Source: a virus (taxonomy: Duplodnaviria > Caudoviricetes). Taken from it: DNA of 64,000 nt. A program made the position numbers and the translations under genes. The notes under the pieces are model-generated. The model was not told the DNA's origin. It did no database searches and saw only the letters and a list, made by a program, of their open reading frames with translations. The stretch lies in the IMG/VR virus record IMGVR_UViG_3300042870_001240. The stretch is one strand, 5' to 3'. Shown here in pieces: positions 47,971 to 56,181 of this stretch; position 1 is the stretch's first letter; the number at the start of each line of letters is the position of its first letter.

Positions 47971-48003
47971 ATCTATTTGATTTATTCTACAAATTTACAA
48001 AAA

Positions 48004-48774
48004 CTATTTCATATTTCCTAATGCCTCGATAACAGAATCAGCACTATTTCCTCCCATAGATACTTGAGAGATAGTGAACACGATTTTACCATCAACCTCT
48101 GCGTAGTTAAGGATAACCGCACTTCCGTTAGGATTTTTTACCACGATTTGGTTTCTTGTAGTGTTAATATTATTAACTTTGTTACCACCAAAATCAATGT
48201 CAGAATTTCTGTAACGTTTGAACGCTTCACCGAAGGCGCTCATACGAACTTCGTTATCTTTAATTCTTCGGTTATGAACATCCCACATTCCTTTAACGTA
48301 GTCCTCAACAATTGTTACAACAGGTTTACCTGTTTTGTAATAGGTCTTAGTATCATCACTACCAACTTTAACTCTTAACTTATAACCATGACTCTTACTT
48401 CTCCAACCACCCCTTGGAGTTGTTGTGTGCTCTTCAACATAAACAGTAATACGATTGTTAGACTCACCTTCAGGTAGTTCACCCTTGTAAACAATTTTAG
48501 AACTGTTATAGTTCTCGGAAATTTCCCCAATTTTAACTTGGTTATAACCAATACGGTTACCTTGAGAGTCTAATTTATAAACATTTACAGGCCAAGTTTG
48601 AATATTCTGAGTTTTAACCAACTCAAATTTATCGGAATGTTTTTGAATTTCTTTGAAGTACCTATCCCACTCAGACTCAATTTTTGTCTGTTCAGATTTG
48701 AAATTATCCGCAGTTTTTTGAGCTGAGGCGATATTGTCTTTGATGTGTTTTTGTTGGTGTTCTTTTAGGGTCAT
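48004..48774 (-). CDS. Hypothetical protein (256 aa)
   Basis: TATATTTG upstream. Confidence 0.75.
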   Translation of the reverse strand: MTLKEHQQKHIKDNIASAQKTADNFKSEQTKIESEWDRYFKEIQKHSDKFELVKTQNIQTWPVNVYKLDSQGNRIGYNQVKIGEISENYNSSKIVYKGELPEGESNNRITVYVEEHTTTPRGGWRSKSHGYKLRVKVGSDDTKTYYKTGKPVVTIVEDYVKGMWDVHNRRIKDNEVRMSAFGEAFKRYRNSDIDFGGNKVNNINTTRNQIVVKNPNGSAVILNYAEVDGKIVFTISQVSMGGNSADSVIEALGNMK

Positions 48775-48853
48775 GGTAGAAGTTTTTGTGTTTGTTTTAC
48801 AAATATAAGCACATTATTTTAATTGGCCAAATTTATTTAAAGACTAAATATCC

Positions 48854-48955
48854 GGTGTTAGACCCTTCAAATTATAGGTCTCTTCCAACTATAAAGAACG
48901 CAGGTTATTATTTGAAAAAGGTGTTAGACCCTTTAAATTATAGGTCTCTTCCAAC
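48854..48955 (-). CRISPR. Mini-array A6: two 36-bp repeats (1 mismatch) around one 30-bp spacer
   Basis: 48854-48889 and 48920-48955; sense GTTGGAAGAGACCTATAATTT[A/G]AAGGGTCTAACACC. Confidence 0.75.
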
Positions 48956-49197
48956 CAGTATGTTATAATACCCTTCATTTGTTCATATTCCAACCCAAAA
49001 AAGGATTTTAAAAACGACCAAATTTCATTGTAATTTATATAAACATACCCATTTTTTTTATCCTGATAATAATAAAATAATGGTAATCTATCTTCATTAA
49101 CATAAATTGTTCTATCACCCTTAACTATTGGTTTTAAATTACCAAATTTATCGTTAAGCCATGTTATCACGACCTTATCTAATTTATTTTTAATCAT
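48889..49197 (-). CDS. Array-bearing small-protein family member (YWLEETYNLKGLTP)
   Basis: Paralog of 50295 and 32148; stop codon formed at the spacer/repeat junction. Confidence 0.85.
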   Translation of the reverse strand: MIKNKLDKVVITWLNDKFGNLKPIVKGDRTIYVNEDRLPLFYYYQDKKNGYVYINYNEIWSFLKSFFGLEYEQMKGIITYWLEETYNLKGLTPFSNNNLRSL

Positions 49198-49215
49198 TTT
49201 ATCTTTAATTCTTTA

Positions 49216-49641
49216 TTATATAGATTGTTTGGATTCCCTATCTAAATCTCGTAATTTAATAGAATTTCTTTTATCCCATAGTTTTTTACCTTTAGCCAAC
49301 ACAATATCAACCTTCAATAATCCCCTGTCATTCTCATATAATACATGAGGAATGATTGTATATCCCTTAACCAACTCTGATTCAAGTTTTCTTAATTGTT
49401 TTTTCTTCAATAACAATTTTTTATCGGTAGCAATATTATCATTCCCAATTCCTTGGATAAGAACCCCTTTCATATATAACTCCCCATTATTAAAATAACA
49501 GAACGAGTCAGTCATAGAGACTTTCCCTTCTCGGATTCTCTTAACCTCAACACCAGTCAATTTAATACCCGCCAAGAATGTTTCCTCAATAAAATACTCA
49601 AACTTAACTTTTTTATTCTCAATACGAACTTTTATCTTCAT
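49216..49641 (-). CDS. smpB: SsrA-binding protein SmpB
   Basis: ENKK.KFEYFIEETFLAGIKLTGVEVKRIR, KKLLL.KKQLRKL, LAKGKKLWDKR motifs; ATG at 49641 behind TATCTTTG. Confidence 0.92.
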   Translation of the reverse strand: MKIKVRIENKKVKFEYFIEETFLAGIKLTGVEVKRIREGKVSMTDSFCYFNNGELYMKGVLIQGIGNDNIATDKKLLLKKKQLRKLESELVKGYTIIPHVLYENDRGLLKVDIVLAKGKKLWDKRNSIKLRDLDRESKQSI

Positions 49642-49791
49642 AAACACAAAGATAAATATAAAAAACAAAAAACCCTAACAAATTTTTACATTCACCAGGG
49701 TTTAATATTAACCAACTAAGAAAGGGGTCGTTGGGACTATTTAGGTTATAAATATAACAAATTTTTTAAAAAGAAAAAGATATTTATAAAT

Positions 49792-50133
49792 ATGATATTA
49801 AAAATCAACGATAACAAATTTAAAGTGATGGTAATGATGACTCAAAAAGATACTCAAAAGGGTATGATGGGTCGTGACTTTGATTCTAACTTTAATGGTA
49901 TGTTATTTCTAATGGACAAAGGTCCTCACGGTTTTTGGATGAAGGATTGTATTATCCCATTGGATATTATTTTTATTGACGGTAATACAATAACTAAAAT
50001 ACACCATAGTTGTCCTCCATGTAAATCGGAAGACTGTCCTAGTTATGTCGGAACAGGAGATACTATTTTAGAACTTAGAGGCGGTACTTGCGGGGAATTA
50101 AGTATTAAAGAGGGGGATAAGATTCTATACTAA
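49792..50133 (+). CDS. DUF192 family protein
   Basis: GMMGR...GMLF...FWMKDC.IPLDIIFID...LELRGG. Confidence 0.85.
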   Translation: MILKINDNKFKVMVMMTQKDTQKGMMGRDFDSNFNGMLFLMDKGPHGFWMKDCIIPLDIIFIDGNTITKIHHSCPPCKSEDCPSYVGTGDTILELRGGTCGELSIKEGDKILY

Positions 50134-50349
50134 TTTGAGAGTATCCTCCAACTGGATGTAATGGAGCGAATTGCGAAGCGTGGTGTATAACCCTTTAATT
50201 TGAGAGTCTCTTCCAACTAGTCATGCTTTCCGCTGAACCGTCTTTCAGGTGTATAACCCTTTAATTTGAGAGTCTCTTCCAACTACTAACGCATTCAAGA
50301 CTGGAAATGGCTCGGTGTATAACCCTTTAATTTGAGAGTCTCTTCCAAC
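50131..50349 (-). CRISPR. CRISPR-like array A7: three identical 36-bp repeats plus a truncated fourth; spacers 30/30/29 bp
   Basis: 50182-50217, 50248-50283, 50314-50349 identical; sense GTTGGAAGAGACTCTCAAATTAAAGGGTTATACACC. Confidence 0.85.
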
Positions 50350-50609
50350 CAGTAACTCAGAAATTCCTGTATTTCTTGGTATTCCATACCAAAAAACGAT
50401 TCAAAAAATGACCAAATTTCATCATAATCAAACAAAAAATCTTTATTTTTTTTATCCTGCTCCATCACAACTTCTCCATTTTTTTTAAAAAAAATTGAAT
50501 TAGGATATTTTTCAGATTTAACAATTTCTAACTGGTCTAAACCAAAGTTTTTGTTCATCCAACTTAACACGACATTGTTTAACTTATTTTCCGTTATTAT
50601 ATATTTCAT
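50295..50609 (-). CDS. Array-bearing small-protein family member (MKYIITE...YWLEETLKLKGYTP)
   Basis: Final codons are the first repeat of A7. Confidence 0.85.
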   Translation of the reverse strand: MKYIITENKLNNVVLSWMNKNFGLDQLEIVKSEKYPNSIFFKKNGEVVMEQDKKNKDFLFDYDEIWSFFESFFGMEYQEIQEFLSYWLEETLKLKGYTPSHFQS

Positions 50610-50623
50610 TATTATGGATGATT

Positions 50624-52030
50624 TTATCCGTTATTAATCTTACTTTGTAAAACTCTCACAAATTCATTCTGAATCATTTTTGTGAATTTAACATATGGTG
50701 AGTCTTCGCTCTCAGAATCATATTTATAAGCTCCTGCCGGTGGTCTTTTTGACCTTCCAAGATAACTTAAACCCGAAATGTTAGTGATACATTTATGACC
50801 CCCACTGTTAGCCTGAATCAAATCCCAAGCATTAATTGTAATCTTATCTAACATCTCTTTTTCCTCCTCAGATAATTCGGTAAAAGGTTTTTCCATCATT
50901 TTACCAATATGAGTTAATGTTTCTTTACCGTTGTCCATTGTTTTGTATTTGTTACCATATAAAGCAACAAAGTCTTTAAATGTAAAACCGACAGACTCCG
51001 GTCCAAAACCTTTTGACCTTTCCGATATCCACTTAATTGTTGATAATGGGATTTCTTTTTCTTTTAAACTACCTTCCCACTTTGAAAGTACTTCTTGGGC
51101 AATTTCTCCTAAGTTAACCCCCTTTAATTCTCTTTCTTTCTTATAAGGATTACAAGACGCTTGTACCAAACCTAACGGCCAAGCAATAACAATAAAATCC
51201 GCTTCAGGATTATTTTTGAATGGGGTGTATCTATCATAAGACCCTGGCTTCATCATATTCCCACCACCGTATTGAACAATAATGTTACCCTCAACTTTAA
51301 CATTCGGATTGGTTTTCATTTGATTGATATAGGTTTCTTTATTCTTTTGTAATTCAGGTATTTTTGCATAACCTTTCTCAACCATAATTCTTTTAATGTT
51401 TTGTAATATATTCATTAAAGATGGTGAACATTTTAATACGAGTTCTTCTAAAAACCCTGGTTTGTTTTTAAAGGCCAATAACAATTTATTTGCGACCAAA
51501 CCTAAAGCCATTTTGTTTTTGGTTAAAGACGAATCTTTATCTAACTTAAATAAGTAATTAATAACTTGGTCAACAGAAATATCATTCATTGCAAAGTTTG
51601 CGGAATCTACAGTCGAAATTAATAAGATATCACTACTTGGGAATATTTCTCTTGGTGATACCACTTGGGAAATTGTCTCTACGTTGGACCTTGAGTGTCT
51701 AAATGATACTGATTTTGTGTCCTCAGCTCCCGCTTGTCTATCATGATGGTCAGTATGAATAACAAACATTGGTTTACCGTGAGCAAAATCAACAAGGACT
51801 GGCATTGTATCTCCCTGAGCATCATTCTTTTTAACGGAAAATTCTTTGTCCCCGTATTGGATGACATGGGCATCAACTACTTTAACCCCGTTGTCCTCAA
51901 GATATTTTTTCATCGCAATTGCGGTAGTAACACCATCTAAATCTTGATGGAAATAAATCTCCGCTTTAGGATATCTTTTAGCTAGTAGATTAATATCTCG
52001 TAACCCACTTTCTTTAATTAACTTTTTCAT
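50624..52030 (-). CDS. DHH-like phosphoesterase
   Basis: FHQDLDG, LVDFAH, TDHHD motifs. Confidence 0.6.
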   Translation of the reverse strand: MKKLIKESGLRDINLLAKRYPKAEIYFHQDLDGVTTAIAMKKYLEDNGVKVVDAHVIQYGDKEFSVKKNDAQGDTMPVLVDFAHGKPMFVIHTDHHDRQAGAEDTKSVSFRHSRSNVETISQVVSPREIFPSSDILLISTVDSANFAMNDISVDQVINYLFKLDKDSSLTKNKMALGLVANKLLLAFKNKPGFLEELVLKCSPSLMNILQNIKRIMVEKGYAKIPELQKNKETYINQMKTNPNVKVEGNIIVQYGGGNMMKPGSYDRYTPFKNNPEADFIVIAWPLGLVQASCNPYKKERELKGVNLGEIAQEVLSKWEGSLKEKEIPLSTIKWISERSKGFGPESVGFTFKDFVALYGNKYKTMDNGKETLTHIGKMMEKPFTELSEEEKEMLDKITINAWDLIQANSGGHKCITNISGLSYLGRSKRPPAGAYKYDSESEDSPYVKFTKMIQNEFVRVLQSKINNG

Positions 52031-52031
52031 A

Positions 52032-53174
52032 TTATATTAACGCTCCAATAACTTTACTCGCAGTTCCTCCCCCACCTCCGAATAATGATGCTAAGGCAGA
52101 TACTGGGTCTAACCCTCCTCCTCCACCTCCTGAAGATTGAGGTGACGTTGATGATGTTGATGATGTCGGTGGAGGTGGTGGGGAAACCTCTCCTTGACCT
52201 AAATCTTCTTGTGCGTATTGTTGGGCTTGATTAGTTTTTTCGTATTCATCAACTCTACCTTGTAAATTACCATATTGTTCTTCTAACTCATCAGGACCAA
52301 CAAAATTAGCAACCCCTAAAAAATCTAACAATCCTAAATACCATTTTGTTCTTCTCATAAGTGACCTTGTTGCTCTGTTACCCCAAAGTCTACCCATACC
52401 ACCCGAAATATATTTATTTGCAAAACTTTGTCCTTCACCTTTATAGTCTCTGAAACCTCTAAATGAACTTTGTTTCTTTAACTCGGTTGCTAATAATTCT
52501 TTTTCAGATTTAGTTAACGCCGCCTCACCTTTAGCCATAAGTTTACCTGTAATTTCGGTAGACGCTTTCATTTCTTTACTTGCTTTACCAAAAATACTAA
52601 CAAACTCTTCAACAGTTTTTACTAATCCAGTACCTAATAATGGTACTCTTCCAACAGAAGCTCTTAACATCGCAATTAATTTACTTCCCCAAGAAGGAAC
52701 CTTCTCAACTAATTTGGCAATAGGTCCACCCGCCATTTTTGCGGTCTTAGCCATTTTGGTAGCATCTCCTGCGATTGTTGCGGCTTTAAACGCTTTGGAT
52801 GCACTTCCACCTATTTTCATAACACCCACAACAGGTTTTGCAAGTAAATCTCCTAAATATGGTACTGCTGATACCCAAGATAAAATTGCAAATAATTTAT
52901 CTCCTTGTCTCCAATAACTAATTCCATTAACAATATCCACAACACCTGTAGGGTCAAAAATACCCACAATATCCCCAACTGTATTATACCAACGAGATTC
53001 GGTGACCAACATAGCCTTTTCAGGGTAAATTACTTTTAAAAATTCAAGAACAAATTGTCTATCAATTCCTGATAATTTATTCCATTTTTCGTCAAGAAGT
53101 TTTATTTGTTCTTCTTTGTATATTTTAACCATCGTTTCTTTTAGTTCCGATTCGGTAAGTGATAATTTATTCAT
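52032..53174 (-). CDS. Leader-bearing protein with a pre-toxin TG-like segment and Gly/Pro/Ser-rich tail
   Basis: GIFDPTGVVDIVNGISYWRQGD.L.A.LSW.SAVPYLGD. Confidence 0.5.
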   Translation of the reverse strand: MNKLSLTESELKETMVKIYKEEQIKLLDEKWNKLSGIDRQFVLEFLKVIYPEKAMLVTESRWYNTVGDIVGIFDPTGVVDIVNGISYWRQGDKLFAILSWVSAVPYLGDLLAKPVVGVMKIGGSASKAFKAATIAGDATKMAKTAKMAGGPIAKLVEKVPSWGSKLIAMLRASVGRVPLLGTGLVKTVEEFVSIFGKASKEMKASTEITGKLMAKGEAALTKSEKELLATELKKQSSFRGFRDYKGEGQSFANKYISGGMGRLWGNRATRSLMRRTKWYLGLLDFLGVANFVGPDELEEQYGNLQGRVDEYEKTNQAQQYAQEDLGQGEVSPPPPPTSSTSSTSPQSSGGGGGGLDPVSALASLFGGGGGTASKVIGALI

Positions 53175-53224
53175 ATGATATATTTTTATTTATAAATATC
53201 ATAGAAAATAAAAAAAGGGGTTGA

Positions 53225-54091
53225 TTAAACCCCTTCTTCAAAAACTAATTTACTTTGTTTTTTATCATCAACAAATGCTTGTATTCGTTTACGAGATATT
53301 TCACAATAATCAGGACTTAATTCAATCCCAATCCATCTCCTATCTAATATCTCAGCAGCAACACATGACGTTCCACTTCCGTTGAATGGGTCAAGAACAA
53401 TATCATTCTTATAAGATAATATCTTAATCGCCCTTGTAGGGATATCCATTGAGAATGTTGCCTTGGTTAAGGATTTAGTGTCAGCAAAATATTTCCATTG
53501 CCCAAACACCAATTCCATAAAATCTTTTTTATCAATATCCTCATAAACAACTTTTTTCTTAATTGTTCCATCCTCTTGTTCAATATCAGTTGGAACTCCC
53601 TTCCATTGGGGTTCTCCCTTAACAGTCTTAATATGTTTATGTTTGTAGGCTAATATAACACACTCTTTTGGGTTATAAATATAAGGGCTGGATGGACTCA
53701 TCCAACTACCCCAAGCAGTCGTCTTACTTCTATGGGGACTGTCTTCCTCAAGGTCAACGATACCGAAGAACTTATAACCAATTCTTTTCATAACTTGATA
53801 GACTTCAGAACAAAAGAAAATTCTACCACCTTTATCTTGTCTATTTATTTCGTAGGGGATATTTAACGCAATTCTACCATCGTCTTTTAATAACTGATAC
53901 GCTTCAGTTAACCATTCTTTAGTAAATTTTAGATATTCATCAAAATATACATCATCATTATGAACATCATAATTAATCCCAACACCATAAGGACAACTAG
54001 TCACAATTAAGTCAATTGAGTTTATCGGCATTTTTGACATTATGTCAATACAATCACCATTAATAACTTTACCCGTATAATTTTCTATCAT
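53225..54091 (-). CDS. DNA methyltransferase, N4-C/N6-A, beta class
   Basis: IDLIVTSCPY (motif IV variant) near the N-terminus and VLDPFNGSGT (motif I) near the C-terminus. Confidence 0.88.
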   Translation of the reverse strand: MIENYTGKVINGDCIDIMSKMPINSIDLIVTSCPYGVGINYDVHNDDVYFDEYLKFTKEWLTEAYQLLKDDGRIALNIPYEINRQDKGGRIFFCSEVYQVMKRIGYKFFGIVDLEEDSPHRSKTTAWGSWMSPSSPYIYNPKECVILAYKHKHIKTVKGEPQWKGVPTDIEQEDGTIKKKVVYEDIDKKDFMELVFGQWKYFADTKSLTKATFSMDIPTRAIKILSYKNDIVLDPFNGSGTSCVAAEILDRRWIGIELSPDYCEISRKRIQAFVDDKKQSKLVFEEGV

Positions 54092-54321
54092 TTCTTTTCT
54101 AATGTTTTAATGTGATGTTCTAAATACCATAAAGCCTTTTTCAAATCTTGTAACTCTTTATCTGTTTCTTTTTTCCCTGCTCTTGAAATATACTTCACAG
54201 TATTCCCAAGTGAGAATCCCAAGTTCCAAGCATCAATAACCTTAATGGCTTCATATTCATTATTTTTTCCCCCATAATGACTCGGGTGGTCTACTTGTTC
54301 TTTATTTTTTTGGTTCTCCAT
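54088..54321 (-). CDS. DUF3310 family protein
   Basis: VDHPSHY...F.LGN..KY..RAGKK...DLKKA.WYL. Confidence 0.8.
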   Translation of the reverse strand: MENQKNKEQVDHPSHYGGKNNEYEAIKVIDAWNLGFSLGNTVKYISRAGKKETDKELQDLKKALWYLEHHIKTLEKK

Positions 54322-54694
54322 AACTAATTGGTTCTAATAATAAATCTGTCTCACCAATAATAACTCTAAGTTTTGTTATCATCAAGTCGTCACCAGAATA
54401 AGAATGTTTTCTTTCAAAGTTAATACCCTTAACAATCATTTTTAATCCTCCAACAACAACTCCTGTTGGGTCTAAATACTCTAAGGTTATATCAGTAATC
54501 TCCAATAATTCTTTTGGGTTATATGAGTCTGTAACCGTTTCAAAAAACTCAGTTTTGAATACGATTGATTCTCCTTCATTATACATCTTATACTTTCTAA
54601 ACAAGTACGGGTTAATGTTTATTGGGTGAGTTTTAATAATCCATCTATTTTCCATTAAAGGCTGAAAAGGCACAAAATGTTTAAATTTTTCCAT
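54302..54694 (-). CDS. Hypothetical protein (130 aa)
   Basis: ORF. Confidence 0.65.
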   Translation of the reverse strand: MEKFKHFVPFQPLMENRWIIKTHPININPYLFRKYKMYNEGESIVFKTEFFETVTDSYNPKELLEITDITLEYLDPTGVVVGGLKMIVKGINFERKHSYSGDDLMITKLRVIIGETDLLLEPISYGEPKK

Positions 54695-54696
54695 AT

Positions 54697-55815
54697 TTAA
54701 TCTTTTTTATATTCGTTTAATAATTCTTCGGTAGTAAGGATTCCATTGTATTTTTTAGCAACCTCATCAAAGTTTTTAACACTAACATTACTATACATGT
54801 TGTGGGTTGTTGCGAGAAGTTCGTTAGCCATATCAATCGTTTCAGAAATAACTTTAACTATGTCATAAGGGTTTGCATTTGATGCTGGTCTTCTATCTTC
54901 AATATAACCTTTCCACTCTTTAGCCGTTGACACAGGAACTCGGATAGATGCTCCTCGGTCACTAATCCCCCAACTGAACTTATCAATTGATTGTGTTTCG
55001 TATTTACCTGTAAGTCTTAGTTCATTATCTGAACCATAAACTTCAATATGTTGATATCTTCTTGATTCCAAAGAATTAAATATTACGTTGAAGTATTCCT
55101 CCCCACCCTTATTTCTCATTATATCTGTCGAAAAGTTTGTGTGTAATCCTGACCCATTCCATTCACCATGTCTAATCGGTTTAGGATGGTATTCAATATA
55201 ATATCCATATTTCTCAGATAGTTTTTCCATTAGATATCTCGACATCCAAAGGTCGTCACCAGCCTTTAATTTACCTTTTGAGAATACTTGATATTCCCAT
55301 TGTCCTAAAGCCACTTCAGCGTTCACACCTGTAATGGTGATTCCCATATTTAAACATAAATCCATGTGCTCTTCAACAATATCTCTACCAACAACATTAG
55401 AACCTACACCGCAATAGTATTTTCCTTGACCTTCAATCAACCCTTCACTATGTCCTAACACTGGTTTGTTTTTACCTTCACGGATAAAATATTCTTGTTC
55501 AAATCCAAACCACATATCATTATCTTCGTCACCTAACTGTGCTCTTCTATTAGTTTCGTGAGGAGTCCCATCAGGATTCATAACCTCACATAAAACGTAT
55601 ATTTTAGATGTGTCAACATTTGTCCAATAAACTCTCACAGGTTTTAAAATACAATCAGAATTATTATCTTCCGCCTGTAGTGTTGATGACCCATCAAAAT
55701 TACATTCAGGAATTTTATGTAATTCACAGTTTTGTTCTTCAACAACTTTAATTTTACTTCTTAAATTTGGTTCAGGCGTATAACCATCAAGCCATATGTA
55801 TTCAATTTTTGTCAT
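54697..55815 (-). CDS. glnII: Glutamine synthetase type II
   Basis: EYIWLDG, FDGSST, GFEQEY, NAEV..GQWEYQ, HPKP...WNGSGLHTNFST, DRGASIRVP, EDRRPASN. Confidence 0.93.
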   Translation of the reverse strand: MTKIEYIWLDGYTPEPNLRSKIKVVEEQNCELHKIPECNFDGSSTLQAEDNNSDCILKPVRVYWTNVDTSKIYVLCEVMNPDGTPHETNRRAQLGDEDNDMWFGFEQEYFIREGKNKPVLGHSEGLIEGQGKYYCGVGSNVVGRDIVEEHMDLCLNMGITITGVNAEVALGQWEYQVFSKGKLKAGDDLWMSRYLMEKLSEKYGYYIEYHPKPIRHGEWNGSGLHTNFSTDIMRNKGGEEYFNVIFNSLESRRYQHIEVYGSDNELRLTGKYETQSIDKFSWGISDRGASIRVPVSTAKEWKGYIEDRRPASNANPYDIVKVISETIDMANELLATTHNMYSNVSVKNFDEVAKKYNGILTTEELLNEYKKD

Positions 55816-56006
55816 TTGTTTTTATTTTTTATAGTGTAGTAATTATTTTCTTTACTAAGGATTCCATCTTCAACCAAACCATCCAAATATTCTTTAGCCT
55901 CAAATTGATTCGTCTTTAAGATATTAGAACTGATAAATTTCAAATCCAATGGTTGTCTTAATTTTGAAAAAAGTAATTTAGTATTAAACAATTTCTCCAT
56001 TCTCAA
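55812..56006 (-). CDS. Hypothetical small protein (possible winged helix)
   Basis: Coupled ORF. Confidence 0.55.
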   Translation of the reverse strand: MRMEKLFNTKLLFSKLRQPLDLKFISSNILKTNQFEAKEYLDGLVEDGILSKENNYYTIKNKNK

Positions 56007-56181
56007 TCATTTTTAAAATTTCTTTATCTTCAACACCTTTTTCATATAGTTTGAATATTTTTGTGGACGCATCATCAGTAAAGATTAAAGCATCGGCAGA
56101 AAAAACTTTTGATAACGAATATTCGTTTTTTAAAAATTCTTTTATATTTTCTAATGTAACAATTCTTTTATTGAACCCCAT
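55984..56181 (-). CDS. Hypothetical protein (65 aa)
   Basis: Coupled ORF. Confidence 0.55.
   Translation of the reverse strand: MGFNKRIVTLENIKEFLKNEYSLSKVFSADALIFTDDASTKIFKLYEKGVEDKEILKMIENGEIV

Noticed and set aside
48786-48968. Plus-strand 60-aa ORF with a duplicated PVLDP.NYRSLPT motif
   Set aside because: It is the antisense reading of mini-array A6.
50153-50313. Antisense strands of many spacers translate into plausible peptides (e.g. DVMERIAKR, TNAFKTGNG, LERVLDLLP), as expected for mRNA-targeting guides
   Set aside because: With three frames and 30 nt an open frame is expected by chance most of the time; not evidence without database hits.
3574-50349. TIGR-type arrays or a diversity-generating retroelement as explanation for the repeats
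   Set aside because: The unit is 66 bp with one 30-bp spacer rather than a 36-nt dual-spacer unit; no Nop-domain protein or reverse transcriptase is seen, and variation is not adenine-specific.
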